DNA of 23,381 nt from Thermoplasmatota archaeon (GTDB lineage Archaea > Thermoplasmatota > Penumbrarchaeia > Penumbrarchaeales > Penumbrarchaeaceae): contig JARVGK010000026.1 of NCBI GenBank assembly GCA_029762535.1, forward strand, positions 19,635 through 43,015, written 5' to 3'. A program made the position numbers and the translations under genes. The notes under the pieces were generated by a model, which ran no database searches, was not told the origin of the DNA, and saw nothing but the letters and a program-made list of their open reading frames with translations. Positions 7,109 to 16,586 of the stretch are shown one piece after another (position 1 is the first letter of the stretch; every line of letters begins with the position of its first letter).

Positions 7109-10100
7109 GTTCTTCGGGAGGAGCTATATTGTCGTCCCTATTAATCCCTTCCCCGTCGTGAGATGCATCGACAATGTAGGGAGCAACCTCATCCCCGGCG
7201 GACGGCTCGGACCCTTCAGGGACCATCTCTCCCATGACAGGTATTGTCTGGGAGACGGGATCGGCCCTCCTCGCGGGCGGATGGTAGATGGTCCCGTCCG
7301 ACAGTTCGGACGCTTTCGGCAGCGCTTCCGTGCCGTTCCCACCGGAGAATGGAGGGGGGATGCGATGGTCGAATGGACCGACCGCCGGCGGAGCCGGCCT
7401 CATACGCTTCCCCCGCCTGAAATACATGATCAGGAGCAGGGCTATCAATAAGATGATACCGACCAGGAGCAGGGCCATTGAAATGAGGAGCGAACCCCAG
7501 TTCTCCTTTTTCGGGACCTCTATCGAGGGGAGCACGACCGCATCGATGACCGTCAGATCCTCGTAGGTCGCCATCCGACCCAGATGGTCGATCATCGTCA
7601 AGGTCGCATTGACGGGTTTGATATTCGTTATGCCCGATGCGGTCCAAACGGAATTGGTCGGGCCCTCCTCGAGCTCTATCCTGAACTCCCTGCCTTCGGC
7701 ATCGATCATATCGAGATAGGCCTCGACGATCCGTGAACCCCCCGATACGAGGCCGAACTCCGCGGATGCGATGTACGACCCGTTCGGATATATCATGAGG
7801 CTCGATGCGAGCGGCTCCGGCATCCGGGCATCCAGACGGAAGGCCGCCTCCGATACCATCGTGGTCAGCTCGAGCATGTCGTCGATGGCCTCGATCCGGA
7901 TCGAGTACGGTCCCACGGGCCAGTCATTCCCCGTCGCTATCCTGCCGGAGTAGATGTTGCCCCCCTTTTTCTCCATCTGGAACTCGCGGGAGGCAAATCC
8001 CTCCGCCTCGACGTGACCTGTGAGGCGGGGTCCGAAACCGGCATCGTCGGGATCCACCGCCTCCACCGTGACCGTGACGTAGGACCCTCTGAAAATGACG
8101 CCGCTGGGATAGGACGAATGCGCTACGGTCAGGTTTAAAATCGATGCTGGGATATTGACGACCTTCAATGCATCGTGGAGTTCCATGCGATCGACGGCGT
8201 TCTCGTCATCCTTTGCCGTGATGACGATGGAATACGTCCCCACCGGAAGGTATCGGCAGTTGAGAGAGGAGGCGTACTCCGATCCGGAGACAGGTCGGGG
8301 GCGGTCCGAGAGCAGTGCGGCGGTAATGTCATCCTCGGAGATCTCGATCACCTCAAGGTTGAGGTCCTCGGGCTGCAGGCCCTCCGGATCGTTGTACGTG
8401 AATGATATGTTCAGCACGTCCAGCCTTGTGACCTCGAAGGGTGGAGAGGTTATAATGGAGATGAACGGGGCTCCGTTGACCGTCCTTATCTCGCTGTACC
8501 ATGTACCGACGGCCCCATCCGCGTCCACCGCCTCCGAGGATATGTTCCAGGTCTGCGAGGGATACTCCACTGGTATGTATATCGTGTATGATCCCGTGTT
8601 GTTGGACGTTCTCATCGGGCTCTCGAGATGTATCCTGCGCTGGGTGGACCCTATCAGGGTCGTCTTGACGGTGAGGTTCCCGTCGGGGGTGTCCGGATCG
8701 TACCATGCTAGGTCGATGGAGAAGGGCGTCCCTCGGTTGACCTCCGTGACGTTGAGGAAGCCTAGAAGGGTCGGCAAAGCGTTGAGCACCCTGAAGGAGC
8801 CGCCATCCAGCAGACCGCTGGCCCTCGATCCCTGCGGGTCGGTGTAGGTCGCTTTGACAGTGTAGAGACCCGTCATTGCATCATACGGAACGATCAGCTC
8901 GTATCGGAATGATGAGACGTTGCCCCTGTGAACGGCCTCGATCAGCTCGGCGTCAGGGATCTCCTGGGGCGGGGAACCGATATCCAATGCCAATGACCCA
9001 TTCTCCATATCCCCGTCGGGATCCATAACCGTGACGTCGAATATGACGCTCCCGGTCCTGTACACATCGACCCTGTCGGTGATGATGGAGACCGAAGGGA
9101 TAGTGTTCACCCTCACCCTGCTAGTGTGGAAGTTGTTGTTGGGATCGTACTCCAGGAACGAGGCGTCCGAGTTCAGGACCGCTTCGAGATCGTGGACACC
9201 CTGCATGTGCGGTCCTATACGGGAAAAACCGTATTCCAAGGACAGGGAGGACCCGGGAGCGATATCGATCCTCATGGAATCCACCAATATCCCGTCCATG
9301 AACAGCTCGACTAGCCCGTTCTTGACGGGGGAGAGGCCTTTATTGAATAGCTCGAGTTCGATGTAGGGAGAACCCTCATCGTCCACCTTAGCGGATATCG
9401 GGGAAGTGCCGTTGAAACCCATGTCGGGACGCACATTGATGTAGGGGGCGCATTTCGGATCCCCGATGACCGTCCCCATCCATGAACCGTATTCGGATCC
9501 CATCCAGAAGGATTCCGCGAGGTTGTACCCCTGATAGTATGCGGGGAAGAGAATGTCGGCATGGGATACGGCGGAGAGATATGGCTCCCATGTGTAGCCC
9601 TTGACCCCGGTGACGCCGTCGCGGATGAGGTCCGCCACGAGGGACTGACCGTACGTCGTGCCGTAGGTCATCGAACGACCCCCCGTGGACACGCACGTCT
9701 CCGCTATGGCCCCCGGGACCCACTGATTGTGGGGCCTTATGACCCTGAGGTTAATTGAATCGAAATATCCTACTACATCCCCCAGGGATTCCAGGCGTAT
9801 CTCGAGCCTGACGACCCCCGATCCGTTCTCGATGACGCCTTGGAAGTCCCTAAACTCCCCAGGATAGGTTCGGTTGTAGATCTCCTTGTAATAGGTAACG
9901 TTCCCATTTATGTCCAAACCCTTGACGATGACCCGAACGAATCCATCACCATAGTTGAAAGCCGCTCTACCGTTTAGGATGAAACGGTGTCCCGGGTAAT
10001 CGACCTCATAGGTCTGGACAGCGAGGGAGTCCACAAGCTTCAAGGACCAGGAACCTTCATATCTTGCTTCCTGTGTCCTTTCGGCCTTACTCCCGTTGTA

Positions 10101-11042
10101 GAGGGTCCAATCGGAGGGGGAAGATCCTGTCCCGGACTCGAATCCACCGTTTCGGATCAGCCCCATGTTCCAGTTCCCATCGTTGCTTCCCCACGAGTAA
10201 TAGGCCGAGGTGTTCGTCCAGGATGTGCGGAACGTTCCGTTCTCGTCGAGAAGGGACTCGTATCCGTTGTTCGTTAGCCAGTAGTGGGCGTTCCTCATCC
10301 AGTCGTTCGCGATCTTATAGCCCGCATTACCGTCCTTGCCCGGGTCCATGTCGAGGAGCGCGCGCCCCCTCTGACCGAGGGAGCCATCGGCGAGGTCCAG
10401 AAGGTTCATCGCCTCCTCCTTCGTGTAACCCGTGAGTCTCGTGACCAGGCGGATACCGTACTTCTCCCTGCTGAACGTATCGAACTTGTCGAAATATGGG
10501 TTCGTCATCCAGTAATTGCCGTGTATCCTGTTCTCGTATGGCCCGTCAAGGAGCATGAGCTCCGAATCCACCGAGGCCATCCTCATCTGGCTCCCTGAAA
10601 CTCTGAGAGGCACGCCCTTCGTTGTCACCAGATAATCGATGCTGTCGGTCAGCCCCCTTTGGGAGAGGTTCTCCTTAACCTGCCTGGCGAGCTCGTCGAA
10701 CTCTCCCGAATTTATCGTCTCCCTCGCCGGGACCGAGAGGTTGATGACCCTTAGGGGCGGGATCCCCCTCTTCAGGGCGAAATACGTCCCGATCTCGAGG
10801 GATACAGGGGAGTTGTCGTTTACCAGGAGCGCAACATCATCATATGTCACAACGCCTCCGTATAGCCCCCCGGATGAGACGTTCCCGGACCGGTCCGCCA
10901 TGATTATGGGGCTCGTATCTTCGGCCGGTTCGATCCCGATAGCTCCCCAAATATTCGGGACCATCATTAAGGCACAGATGACGAGGACCGATGCGCATCG
11001 GGTCATTGGCGGGACACCTGAAGGGGAATTACTCTCGTTCAT
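7020..11042 (-). CDS. TIGR03790-family secreted/surface protein with inserted CBM-like domain, CARDB and Ig-like repeats and a C-terminal TM anchor
   Basis: Signal-like N-terminus. TIGR03790 signatures: VALLVNDNS..S..IG.YF...RGIP, YLVTTKGVPL, ASVDSELMLL, LVTRLTG, GAIAET, LIRDGVTGVKGYTWEPYL, GYNLAESF, SWM..VIGDP. CARDB-like EYDPNNN, repeated D-P-D/E-G beta modules, TM LLISMALLLVGIILLIALLLIMYF followed by RRGKR. Alternative start at 11006. Confidence 0.85.
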   Translation of the reverse strand: MNESNSPSGVPPMTRCASVLVICALMMVPNIWGAIGIEPAEDTSPIIMADRSGNVSSGGLYGGVVTYDDVALLVNDNSPVSLEIGTYFALKRGIPPLRVINLSVPARETINSGEFDELARQVKENLSQRGLTDSIDYLVTTKGVPLRVSGSQMRMASVDSELMLLDGPYENRIHGNYWMTNPYFDKFDTFSREKYGIRLVTRLTGYTKEEAMNLLDLADGSLGQRGRALLDMDPGKDGNAGYKIANDWMRNAHYWLTNNGYESLLDENGTFRTSWTNTSAYYSWGSNDGNWNMGLIRNGGFESGTGSSPSDWTLYNGSKAERTQEARYEGSWSLKLVDSLAVQTYEVDYPGHRFILNGRAAFNYGDGFVRVIVKGLDINGNVTYYKEIYNRTYPGEFRDFQGVIENGSGVVRLEIRLESLGDVVGYFDSINLRVIRPHNQWVPGAIAETCVSTGGRSMTYGTTYGQSLVADLIRDGVTGVKGYTWEPYLSAVSHADILFPAYYQGYNLAESFWMGSEYGSWMGTVIGDPKCAPYINVRPDMGFNGTSPISAKVDDEGSPYIELELFNKGLSPVKNGLVELFMDGILVDSMRIDIAPGSSLSLEYGFSRIGPHMQGVHDLEAVLNSDASFLEYDPNNNFHTSRVRVNTIPSVSIITDRVDVYRTGSVIFDVTVMDPDGDMENGSLALDIGSPPQEIPDAELIEAVHRGNVSSFRYELIVPYDAMTGLYTVKATYTDPQGSRASGLLDGGSFRVLNALPTLLGFLNVTEVNRGTPFSIDLAWYDPDTPDGNLTVKTTLIGSTQRRIHLESPMRTSNNTGSYTIYIPVEYPSQTWNISSEAVDADGAVGTWYSEIRTVNGAPFISIITSPPFEVTRLDVLNISFTYNDPEGLQPEDLNLEVIEISEDDITAALLSDRPRPVSGSEYASSLNCRYLPVGTYSIVITAKDDENAVDRMELHDALKVVNIPASILNLTVAHSSYPSGVIFRGSYVTVTVEAVDPDDAGFGPRLTGHVEAEGFASREFQMEKKGGNIYSGRIATGNDWPVGPYSIRIEAIDDMLELTTMVSEAAFRLDARMPEPLASSLMIYPNGSYIASAEFGLVSGGSRIVEAYLDMIDAEGREFRIELEEGPTNSVWTASGITNIKPVNATLTMIDHLGRMATYEDLTVIDAVVLPSIEVPKKENWGSLLISMALLLVGIILLIALLLIMYFRRGKRMRPAPPAVGPFDHRIPPPFSGGNGTEALPKASELSDGTIYHPPARRADPVSQTIPVMGEMVPEGSEPSAGDEVAPYIVDASHDGEGINRDDNIAPPEEHVPDTDHHDLPGDSGQGESEIDEGPGLRS

Positions 11043-11604
11043 AGATAACCTTGCTGGTCTCCGACCAGCGCAGGCCTATTATGTCCAGCAGGGTTCCTAG
11101 CTCCCTCAGGAAAGATGACAGGGGCATGCCCTCCTTCCAGTCCATCACGAAGTTGCCCCCCTCGGTCATCCTCAGAGGAGGTATCTTCGCGTTCAGGGTC
11201 CTGGAGAAGTATTTCAGGTTCTTTACCCGGACGGTGAAGACCCTCCATGGGTCCCCCTTGGCCTTCTTCAGCCGGAAAGCGTACACGGGAAAGGTGTTGG
11301 ATCGCTCGCATTCGCGGGTGAACGACGAGAGCTGGTCCCTTAGATAGGGCTTGCTCATGTACATCTTCGGGTCCTTGGAGGATTTGACCTCTATGGGAAA
11401 GGAGAACTCGCCCCTGAGAACGACCAGGTCCGTCCCGAACGAACCGGCTCCCCGTATCACCATGAACGGATACCTTTCGGGCACATCGTATCCGGACATC
11501 TGGAAGGAGTCGCATCTCTTCTTCATCCTGACAAGGACCTCGAGGTCGCCCCCCATTATCCGCTTGAGCTCCCGCTCGAATTCCGATCCCATCCGCTGAG
11601 CCAT
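11029..11604 (-). CDS. hjc: Archaeal Holliday junction resolvase Hjc
   Basis: GSEFERELK...VIRGAGS..TDLVV...IEVKSS, the PD-(D/E)xK Hjc motifs, with an insertion after helix 1. Confidence 0.9.
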   Translation of the reverse strand: MAQRMGSEFERELKRIMGGDLEVLVRMKKRCDSFQMSGYDVPERYPFMVIRGAGSFGTDLVVLRGEFSFPIEVKSSKDPKMYMSKPYLRDQLSSFTRECERSNTFPVYAFRLKKAKGDPWRVFTVRVKNLKYFSRTLNAKIPPLRMTEGGNFVMDWKEGMPLSSFLRELGTLLDIIGLRWSETSKVIYERE

Positions 11605-11652
11605 TACGATAATTGCTATTTAAGCTAGGAATAGGGGGGTCTGCGAATATAA

Positions 11653-12594
11653 TCAGACCTTCTCCATCCATGTGGGGTGATGGTCCACCAGTTCCTTGAG
11701 GCCTATCATCTGCCTGATCAATTTGCCACCCAGACCCGGGGTGACGAACTGGTCCATGGACGGCGTGATCTCCATGACGTCCATGGCGAACACGTTGTGC
11801 CTGAGCTCCTCCATGAGCCTTAGAACGTCCCAGGGCGTGATCCCCCATGGTTCGAGCGTCCCCGATCCCGGAGCGTATGCGGGGTCGATCCCGTCGATGT
11901 CCATGCTCAGGTAGATCGGCCGGTCCCTAAGATTGATGGCGGTGTCCCAGGCGTCCATGATCTCGAGGATCCCTCTGGAATGCACGTGTTGTGAGGTGAA
12001 ATACATCAAACCCTCGTCCCTGGCCTGCTCGAACTCCTCCCTGCATCCTGACCTGGCCCCGATCACGCATACCGATTTTCGACCATATTTCTCGAATATC
12101 CTCCTGGTGACGCAGGCGTGGGAGTGGGGATTCTCCAGATACTGCTCTCTGAAATCCAGGTGGGCGTCCACGACGATGACGACGCCTCCCTTCGGGCCGT
12201 AAACGTCCATGAAAGCATCGACGGCCCCCTCGGTTATCGAATGCTCCCCTCCCATCATGAGAGGGAACTTCCCCATCCTAAGGATCCTTCGCTCGAGGTC
12301 GAATACCGAGCTCAGCATGTCCGCCTGACCCTCGAGGGTGTTACTCAAATTGATGTCCCCGGCATCGTTCATCGGGATCTCTTCGAGCTCGACCTCGAGG
12401 TCGAGGAGGAAGGTCTCGAAATTGTAAGTCTCCCTGCGTATCGCCGGGGGCCCTTCCGAGGCTCCTGAGATATGGGATACCGTCGCGTCGTACGGAACGC
12501 CGAAGATCACGTATCTGGAATCGTCGAAGGATGCGTTGCAGTCGGCGAAGACCGGGTCCGCGGCCCTGGTCAGCTTGATCTTATTATTGAACAT
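11653..12594 (-). CDS. speB: Agmatinase (ureohydrolase family)
   Basis: GVPYDAT, GPPAIR, GGEHS, DAHLD, SHAC, SMDIDGIDPAYAPGSGT; directly downstream of aIF5A. Confidence 0.93.
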   Translation of the reverse strand: MFNNKIKLTRAADPVFADCNASFDDSRYVIFGVPYDATVSHISGASEGPPAIRRETYNFETFLLDLEVELEEIPMNDAGDINLSNTLEGQADMLSSVFDLERRILRMGKFPLMMGGEHSITEGAVDAFMDVYGPKGGVVIVVDAHLDFREQYLENPHSHACVTRRIFEKYGRKSVCVIGARSGCREEFEQARDEGLMYFTSQHVHSRGILEIMDAWDTAINLRDRPIYLSMDIDGIDPAYAPGSGTLEPWGITPWDVLRLMEELRHNVFAMDVMEITPSMDQFVTPGLGGKLIRQMIGLKELVDHHPTWMEKV

Positions 12595-12603
12595 GGGGCC
12601 TCA

Positions 12604-12990
12604 TCACGCCCTGACGATCATCCTTCGCCCGAGCGCGTCCTGGTACTGGACCTCCTGGCCGGGCTCGAGCTTGTCCTTGTATTCATCCTCTATGTGCAGG
12701 TTGAACATCTCGAAGGTCTCCATATCCATAAGCTGCACTTCTCCGCCCTGGATCGAAACCACCTGGGCGTTGCGCTTGTCGATGATGGGGACCTGGACCT
12801 TGTGCGTGACGGGAAATACCACGGACCTCTTCCCGCCGTCGAAGATCCCGACGGCGACTATACGGGCCTTGGCCTCGCCGTGCTTCCCGGGCTTGGAAGT
12901 GGTTAGCTCCAGGATCTTGCACGGCTCATCGTCGATGACCATGTACCTACCCACTTTCAACTCTCTGATCTGCTGCAGGGTCCAGGACAT
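12604..12990 (-). CDS. eif5a: Translation factor aIF-5A (eIF5A/EF-P family)
   Basis: Hypusination loop [28 protein letters not shown]. Confidence 0.97.
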   Translation of the reverse strand: MSWTLQQIRELKVGRYMVIDDEPCKILELTTSKPGKHGEAKARIVAVGIFDGGKRSVVFPVTHKVQVPIIDKRNAQVVSIQGGEVQLMDMETFEMFNLHIEDEYKDKLEPGQEVQYQDALGRRMIVRA

Positions 12991-13037
12991 ACTCGATATC
13001 TCCGTTATACGTTCCTTTGGAGGTAATTGAACGGGCC

Positions 13038-13050
13038 ATATATATATTTT
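13038..13050 (-). promoter_or_regulatory. TATA box of the aIF5A-speB operon
   Basis: Minus strand AAAATATATATAT about 50 nt upstream of the ATG. Confidence 0.6.
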
Positions 13051-13093
13051 GTAAGGCGCTGCAAATGTTGACGATAACCAATCCTGTCGATCA

Positions 13094-13429
13094 TCACAGT
13101 ATGATTATATCACCCAGGGATCCCAGGCCACCTATCGCTGTGGCGAAGACAAGACCCAACACGAACAGAGTGATCCCCAGGAAGAAGTAACATACCCCAA
13201 GGACGATCCCAACTATGGACTTGGTCTTGGCAGATTTGTTCCCTGATACGAGGCCGATTATTCCGAGGATTATCGCCGTACAAGCTAGGATAAAAGCGAA
13301 CGGTGATATGAAACAGGCACATATCCCTACGACCGGAATGAAACGGACACCTCCGCCGATCAATCCCAGCACGATCGCTATGATTCCGCACACCAAAGAC
13401 CATGTAGCTACTCCATCTCCTTTTGCCAT
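13094..13429 (-). CDS. DUF4190-like small membrane protein
   Basis: SLVCGIIA...AIILGIIGL...GIVLG pattern; three hydrophobic helices; GGGGG RBS-like element. Confidence 0.75.
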   Translation of the reverse strand: MAKGDGVATWSLVCGIIAIVLGLIGGGVRFIPVVGICACFISPFAFILACTAIILGIIGLVSGNKSAKTKSIVGIVLGVCYFFLGITLFVLGLVFATAIGGLGSLGDIIIL

Positions 13430-13489
13430 TTTATTCCCCCACTGCTGAAGTGGTATCGTTCGCTATTGATAAAAAGGTTACTAATGGCC

Positions 13490-13990
13490 TTACAATGGGA
13501 AGAGGATCGCCCCTGAGACGAGGAGGATGACGGATCCCACCGCCAGACCCATGCCCAGATAGGAGGCGTTGTGCTGCTCCTCATCACCTTTCACAAGGAC
13601 GACGACGGCGAATGCCACGGCGGAAAGGACGCAAAGCCACCCGAGAAAATATGGTGGGACCATGAGGAGGGAGAGGAGATCGCCATCGAACATGCTCTTC
13701 AGAAGGATGTATAGGACCGCTATGGAAAGGGATACCACCCCGGAATACACCGTGATCTTCGATGAGATCCCCGGGGAGAGTATCCTCTCCATCAGCGAAA
13801 GCGTGGGCTCCTCGACCGTAATCGTCCCTCGCCGGGGGAAGGGGGGCCTTCTTGGATCGGTCCGGCCTCGGTGTGGGATCATGTCCCGAGGCGGGAGCCT
13901 GGAACGATCCCTTTCGATCCCCTCCCGGCCTCGTCCACCGTAGGGCGGTCTCTGGCGATACATCGGACGATCCCTTCTTTCGTATGTCAT
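13490..13990 (-). CDS. Membrane protein with Arg/Pro-rich N-terminal tail and three TM helices
   Basis: Basic low-complexity N-terminus followed by hydrophobic helices; upstream TATA-like element near 14038-14046. Confidence 0.7.
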   Translation of the reverse strand: MTYERRDRPMYRQRPPYGGRGREGIERDRSRLPPRDMIPHRGRTDPRRPPFPRRGTITVEEPTLSLMERILSPGISSKITVYSGVVSLSIAVLYILLKSMFDGDLLSLLMVPPYFLGWLCVLSAVAFAVVVLVKGDEEQHNASYLGMGLAVGSVILLVSGAILFPL

Positions 13991-14110
13991 GGAACACCCT
14001 GTCCAGGCCTTTCAGGAAGCATCCAAGATGCTGATGGCATATATATCTAATCTCGCCGTTCGAACATAAGCTCTCTCGTCGGATCGATCCATCTCATCCT
14101 TTCGTTCATA

Positions 14111-14626
14111 CTATATGAATATGTTCAGGACCAATGCTATGATGACGCCTATGATGGATATGACGACGAAACAGCAGCCCAGGACGATGCCCAGGATGGC
14201 GTAGAGCTTCTTTCCTCCAGCTCCCATGACGAGTGCGATTATGCCTATGATTATCGCAGCGATCATGGACAGCCCGCCGACCAGACCCGACAGGCAGGCT
14301 CCGGGTCCTGTAAGGCAAAACCCGAAGCAGACGTTCTTAAGGAAGACGGCAAGGATCCTGAAGAGGAATATCAGAACTCCCGCTCCCGTGGCGATAAGAC
14401 CCAGAACGAAGGAGATCATCGCAAGGGATGCCCCTTTGGGCTTATCGGAAGGCGACTCCTCTTTCTCCTCGTCATCCTCAGCCTCCTCGGGTCCCTCTTC
14501 TGCCTCTTCCGTAACCTCATCCTCAACGGGTGGCGCCTCCGGGGCCTCGGCGGGCTTGGTTTCGGATCCCTCTTCCTTCTCCTCGGGATCCCACTGCGTT
14601 CCCTCATCCTTTTTTTCCTCGTCCAT
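14111..14626 (-). CDS. DUF4190-like membrane protein with Glu-rich N-terminal tail
   Basis: Start reassigned to MDEEKK (GGGGT RBS-like element upstream). SFVLGLIA...AIIIGIIAL...GIVLGCC parallels the 13094-13429 protein. Confidence 0.75.
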   Translation of the reverse strand: MDEEKKDEGTQWDPEEKEEGSETKPAEAPEAPPVEDEVTEEAEEGPEEAEDDEEKEESPSDKPKGASLAMISFVLGLIATGAGVLIFLFRILAVFLKNVCFGFCLTGPGACLSGLVGGLSMIAAIIIGIIALVMGAGGKKLYAILGIVLGCCFVVISIIGVIIALVLNIFI

Positions 14627-14693
14627 GTTGATACCCCACTGTTCGCTCTGAACTGTTAAAGTGGAATGTATATTAAAAATCATGCCCCTTGTT

Positions 14694-15956
14694 TCAGACC
14701 CCGGTTATTACCTCCGGTTCGTCCTTGGACCCTTCCTTTTCGATATTTTTTCCCCATTCCTCTATCACTCCCGCAAGCCTTTGGACCCCTTCTACTATCC
14801 TCTCATCCGAGGCGTGGGTAAAATTGATCCTCATGCAGTTCCTTCCAGATCCGTCGGCGAAGAACGAGCTGCCTGTTACGTAGGCGACGTTCTTTCCGAT
14901 CGCGTCATTGAGCATCTTGGAGGTGTCGATCCCCTCACTGAGCCTGGCCCATAGGAACATGCCCCCTTCCGGCTTTGTCCACGAAATATATTCCCGGGGC
15001 ATGTACTTCTCCATGGACGATAGCATGATCCTCTGCTTCCTGCCGTAGAGCTCGATGATCTTGACGATATGATCGTCTATGTGGCCCCTTCGCAAGTATT
15101 CCATCGCAATGTGCTGCGTGAAGGGAGGGGCGCAAAGGTCCACGGCCTGTTTGGCGATCACCATCTTCTGGACCACCGGCTTGGGCCCGAACGTCCATGC
15201 GATCCTGAAACCCGGCACCAGGGTCTTGGAGAAAGTACCGAGATATATCACCCGGTCCTCCCTGTCCATGGATGCGAGCGTCGGAAGCGCGTCGCCGGTA
15301 TACCTCAGCTCGCCGTAGGGATCGTCCTCGACGATAAGGAGGTCATACTCATGGGCGAGGTCGATTAGCCTCCTCCTTCTGGTACCCGACATGCACACTC
15401 CTGCAGGATTATGGAAGGTGGGTACCGTGTACAGGAACTTCAGGTTCGCTCCGTGGTCCTTCAGCGCCTTGAGCTTGTCCTCGAGAGCGTCCATTTCCAA
15501 CCCGTTATCGTCCAGAGGGACGGAGACGATCGTCGGATCGTAGACCCTGAACGCGTTCAGGGCCCCGAGATATGTGGGGGCTTCCATTATTATGGTCGAG
15601 GTCGAGCCGATGAATATCTTTCCCAGCAGGTCGAGCCCCTGCTGTGAACCTACCGTGATGATGATGTTGTCAGGGTCCCCTTCCATGCCCCAGATGCGCT
15701 TGAGCCTGGAGGCGATCTCCTCTCTCAGCTCGAGGACCCCTTCGGTGGAACCGTACTGAAGTATCCTGCCAGGGTTGGTCTTCAATAGGTCCGTGATTAT
15801 CTCCTGTACCCTCTCGACGGGAAAGGCCTCAGGGTTCGGCAATCCCCCCGCAAAGGATATGATCTCTGGCCTCTGGGTGAGCTTTAGGAGCTCCCTTATC
15901 TCCGAGGCCTTCATGGCCTTGGCCCTGTTGGATAGGATCTCCTCGAACTGGGGCAT
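14694..15956 (-). CDS. PLP-dependent class I aminotransferase (ARO8/LysN-like aromatic/2-aminoadipate type)
   Basis: SEIRELLK, ISFAGGLP, LQYG, PTFHNPAG, EDDPYGEL, GTFSKTLVPGFRI (PLP lysine), PEGGMF. Start moved from 16181 (which overlaps the PUA gene) to MPQFE; 15983 and 15989 are also possible. Confidence 0.92.
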   Translation of the reverse strand: MPQFEEILSNRAKAMKASEIRELLKLTQRPEIISFAGGLPNPEAFPVERVQEIITDLLKTNPGRILQYGSTEGVLELREEIASRLKRIWGMEGDPDNIIITVGSQQGLDLLGKIFIGSTSTIIMEAPTYLGALNAFRVYDPTIVSVPLDDNGLEMDALEDKLKALKDHGANLKFLYTVPTFHNPAGVCMSGTRRRRLIDLAHEYDLLIVEDDPYGELRYTGDALPTLASMDREDRVIYLGTFSKTLVPGFRIAWTFGPKPVVQKMVIAKQAVDLCAPPFTQHIAMEYLRRGHIDDHIVKIIELYGRKQRIMLSSMEKYMPREYISWTKPEGGMFLWARLSEGIDTSKMLNDAIGKNVAYVTGSSFFADGSGRNCMRINFTHASDERIVEGVQRLAGVIEEWGKNIEKEGSKDEPEVITGV

Positions 15957-16036
15957 CCTTCTGGTCTCGTCCGTTCCCGTCATGGTCATCGAATACCGAA
16001 TGACAGCCGGATGAATTAAGATATCGGTCGGGAACC

Positions 16037-16525
16037 TCAGTACTGTATGTTGAAGATCGGGTCGCCGACGTAGTGCAGGGTCTCGATCGCCTTGCCCGCT
16101 TTCGATGAGACCATCTCGGGCCCGTCCATGATCGCCCTGCCCACACAGAGCGGCCTGAGGTTCTTCTGATCGCGGACCCATACCATATCACCTTTCTCTA
16201 TGCGCGGGTCCGCATCGATGATGCCCGGGGCCATCACATCTGCTCCGTTAGCGAGGAACCTCACCGCTCCCATATCGACGGTCACCCATCCCTTCTTCGG
16301 GGAATGGGCCATGAGCCCGTGTATCGTAGGCATCAGGGATCCCCCGATCTCCAGTGCTATCACCTTGCCCCCTATCAGATAGGCCTTCCCGTCCTCTATG
16401 AATCCCGCTTCCATGTCCTCGGACATGCCCAGGTCCAGATCGAAACACTCCGAGATCCATGCCAGCACCTCACGGGCGTCCTTTGAGCGCAGCCTCGACC
16501 TCCTCTTGACGGCCATCTCCTTCAT
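16037..16525 (-). CDS. PUA-domain RNA-binding protein (MCT-1/Tma20-like, pre-PUA + PUA)
   Basis: VTVDMGAVRFLANGADVMAPGI...GKAIETLHYVGD. Confidence 0.93.
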   Translation of the reverse strand: MKEMAVKRRSRLRSKDAREVLAWISECFDLDLGMSEDMEAGFIEDGKAYLIGGKVIALEIGGSLMPTIHGLMAHSPKKGWVTVDMGAVRFLANGADVMAPGIIDADPRIEKGDMVWVRDQKNLRPLCVGRAIMDGPEMVSSKAGKAIETLHYVGDPIFNIQY

Positions 16526-16586
16526 GGGGGCGAATTCGCTCCATTCTTAATATATCCTTCACAGGGTCATCGTTTATTTACCCAAT

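Noticed and set aside
11039-11848. 269-aa alternative-frame ORF over hjc/speB
   Set aside because: Its G/R/P/H-rich composition is typical of off-frame reading in GC-rich DNA, and both underlying genes are well supported.
15957-16181. N-terminal 75-aa extension of the aminotransferase (possible MocR-like HTH fusion)
   Set aside because: It overlaps the PUA gene out of frame and shows no HTH pattern. Family similarity starts near MPQFE.
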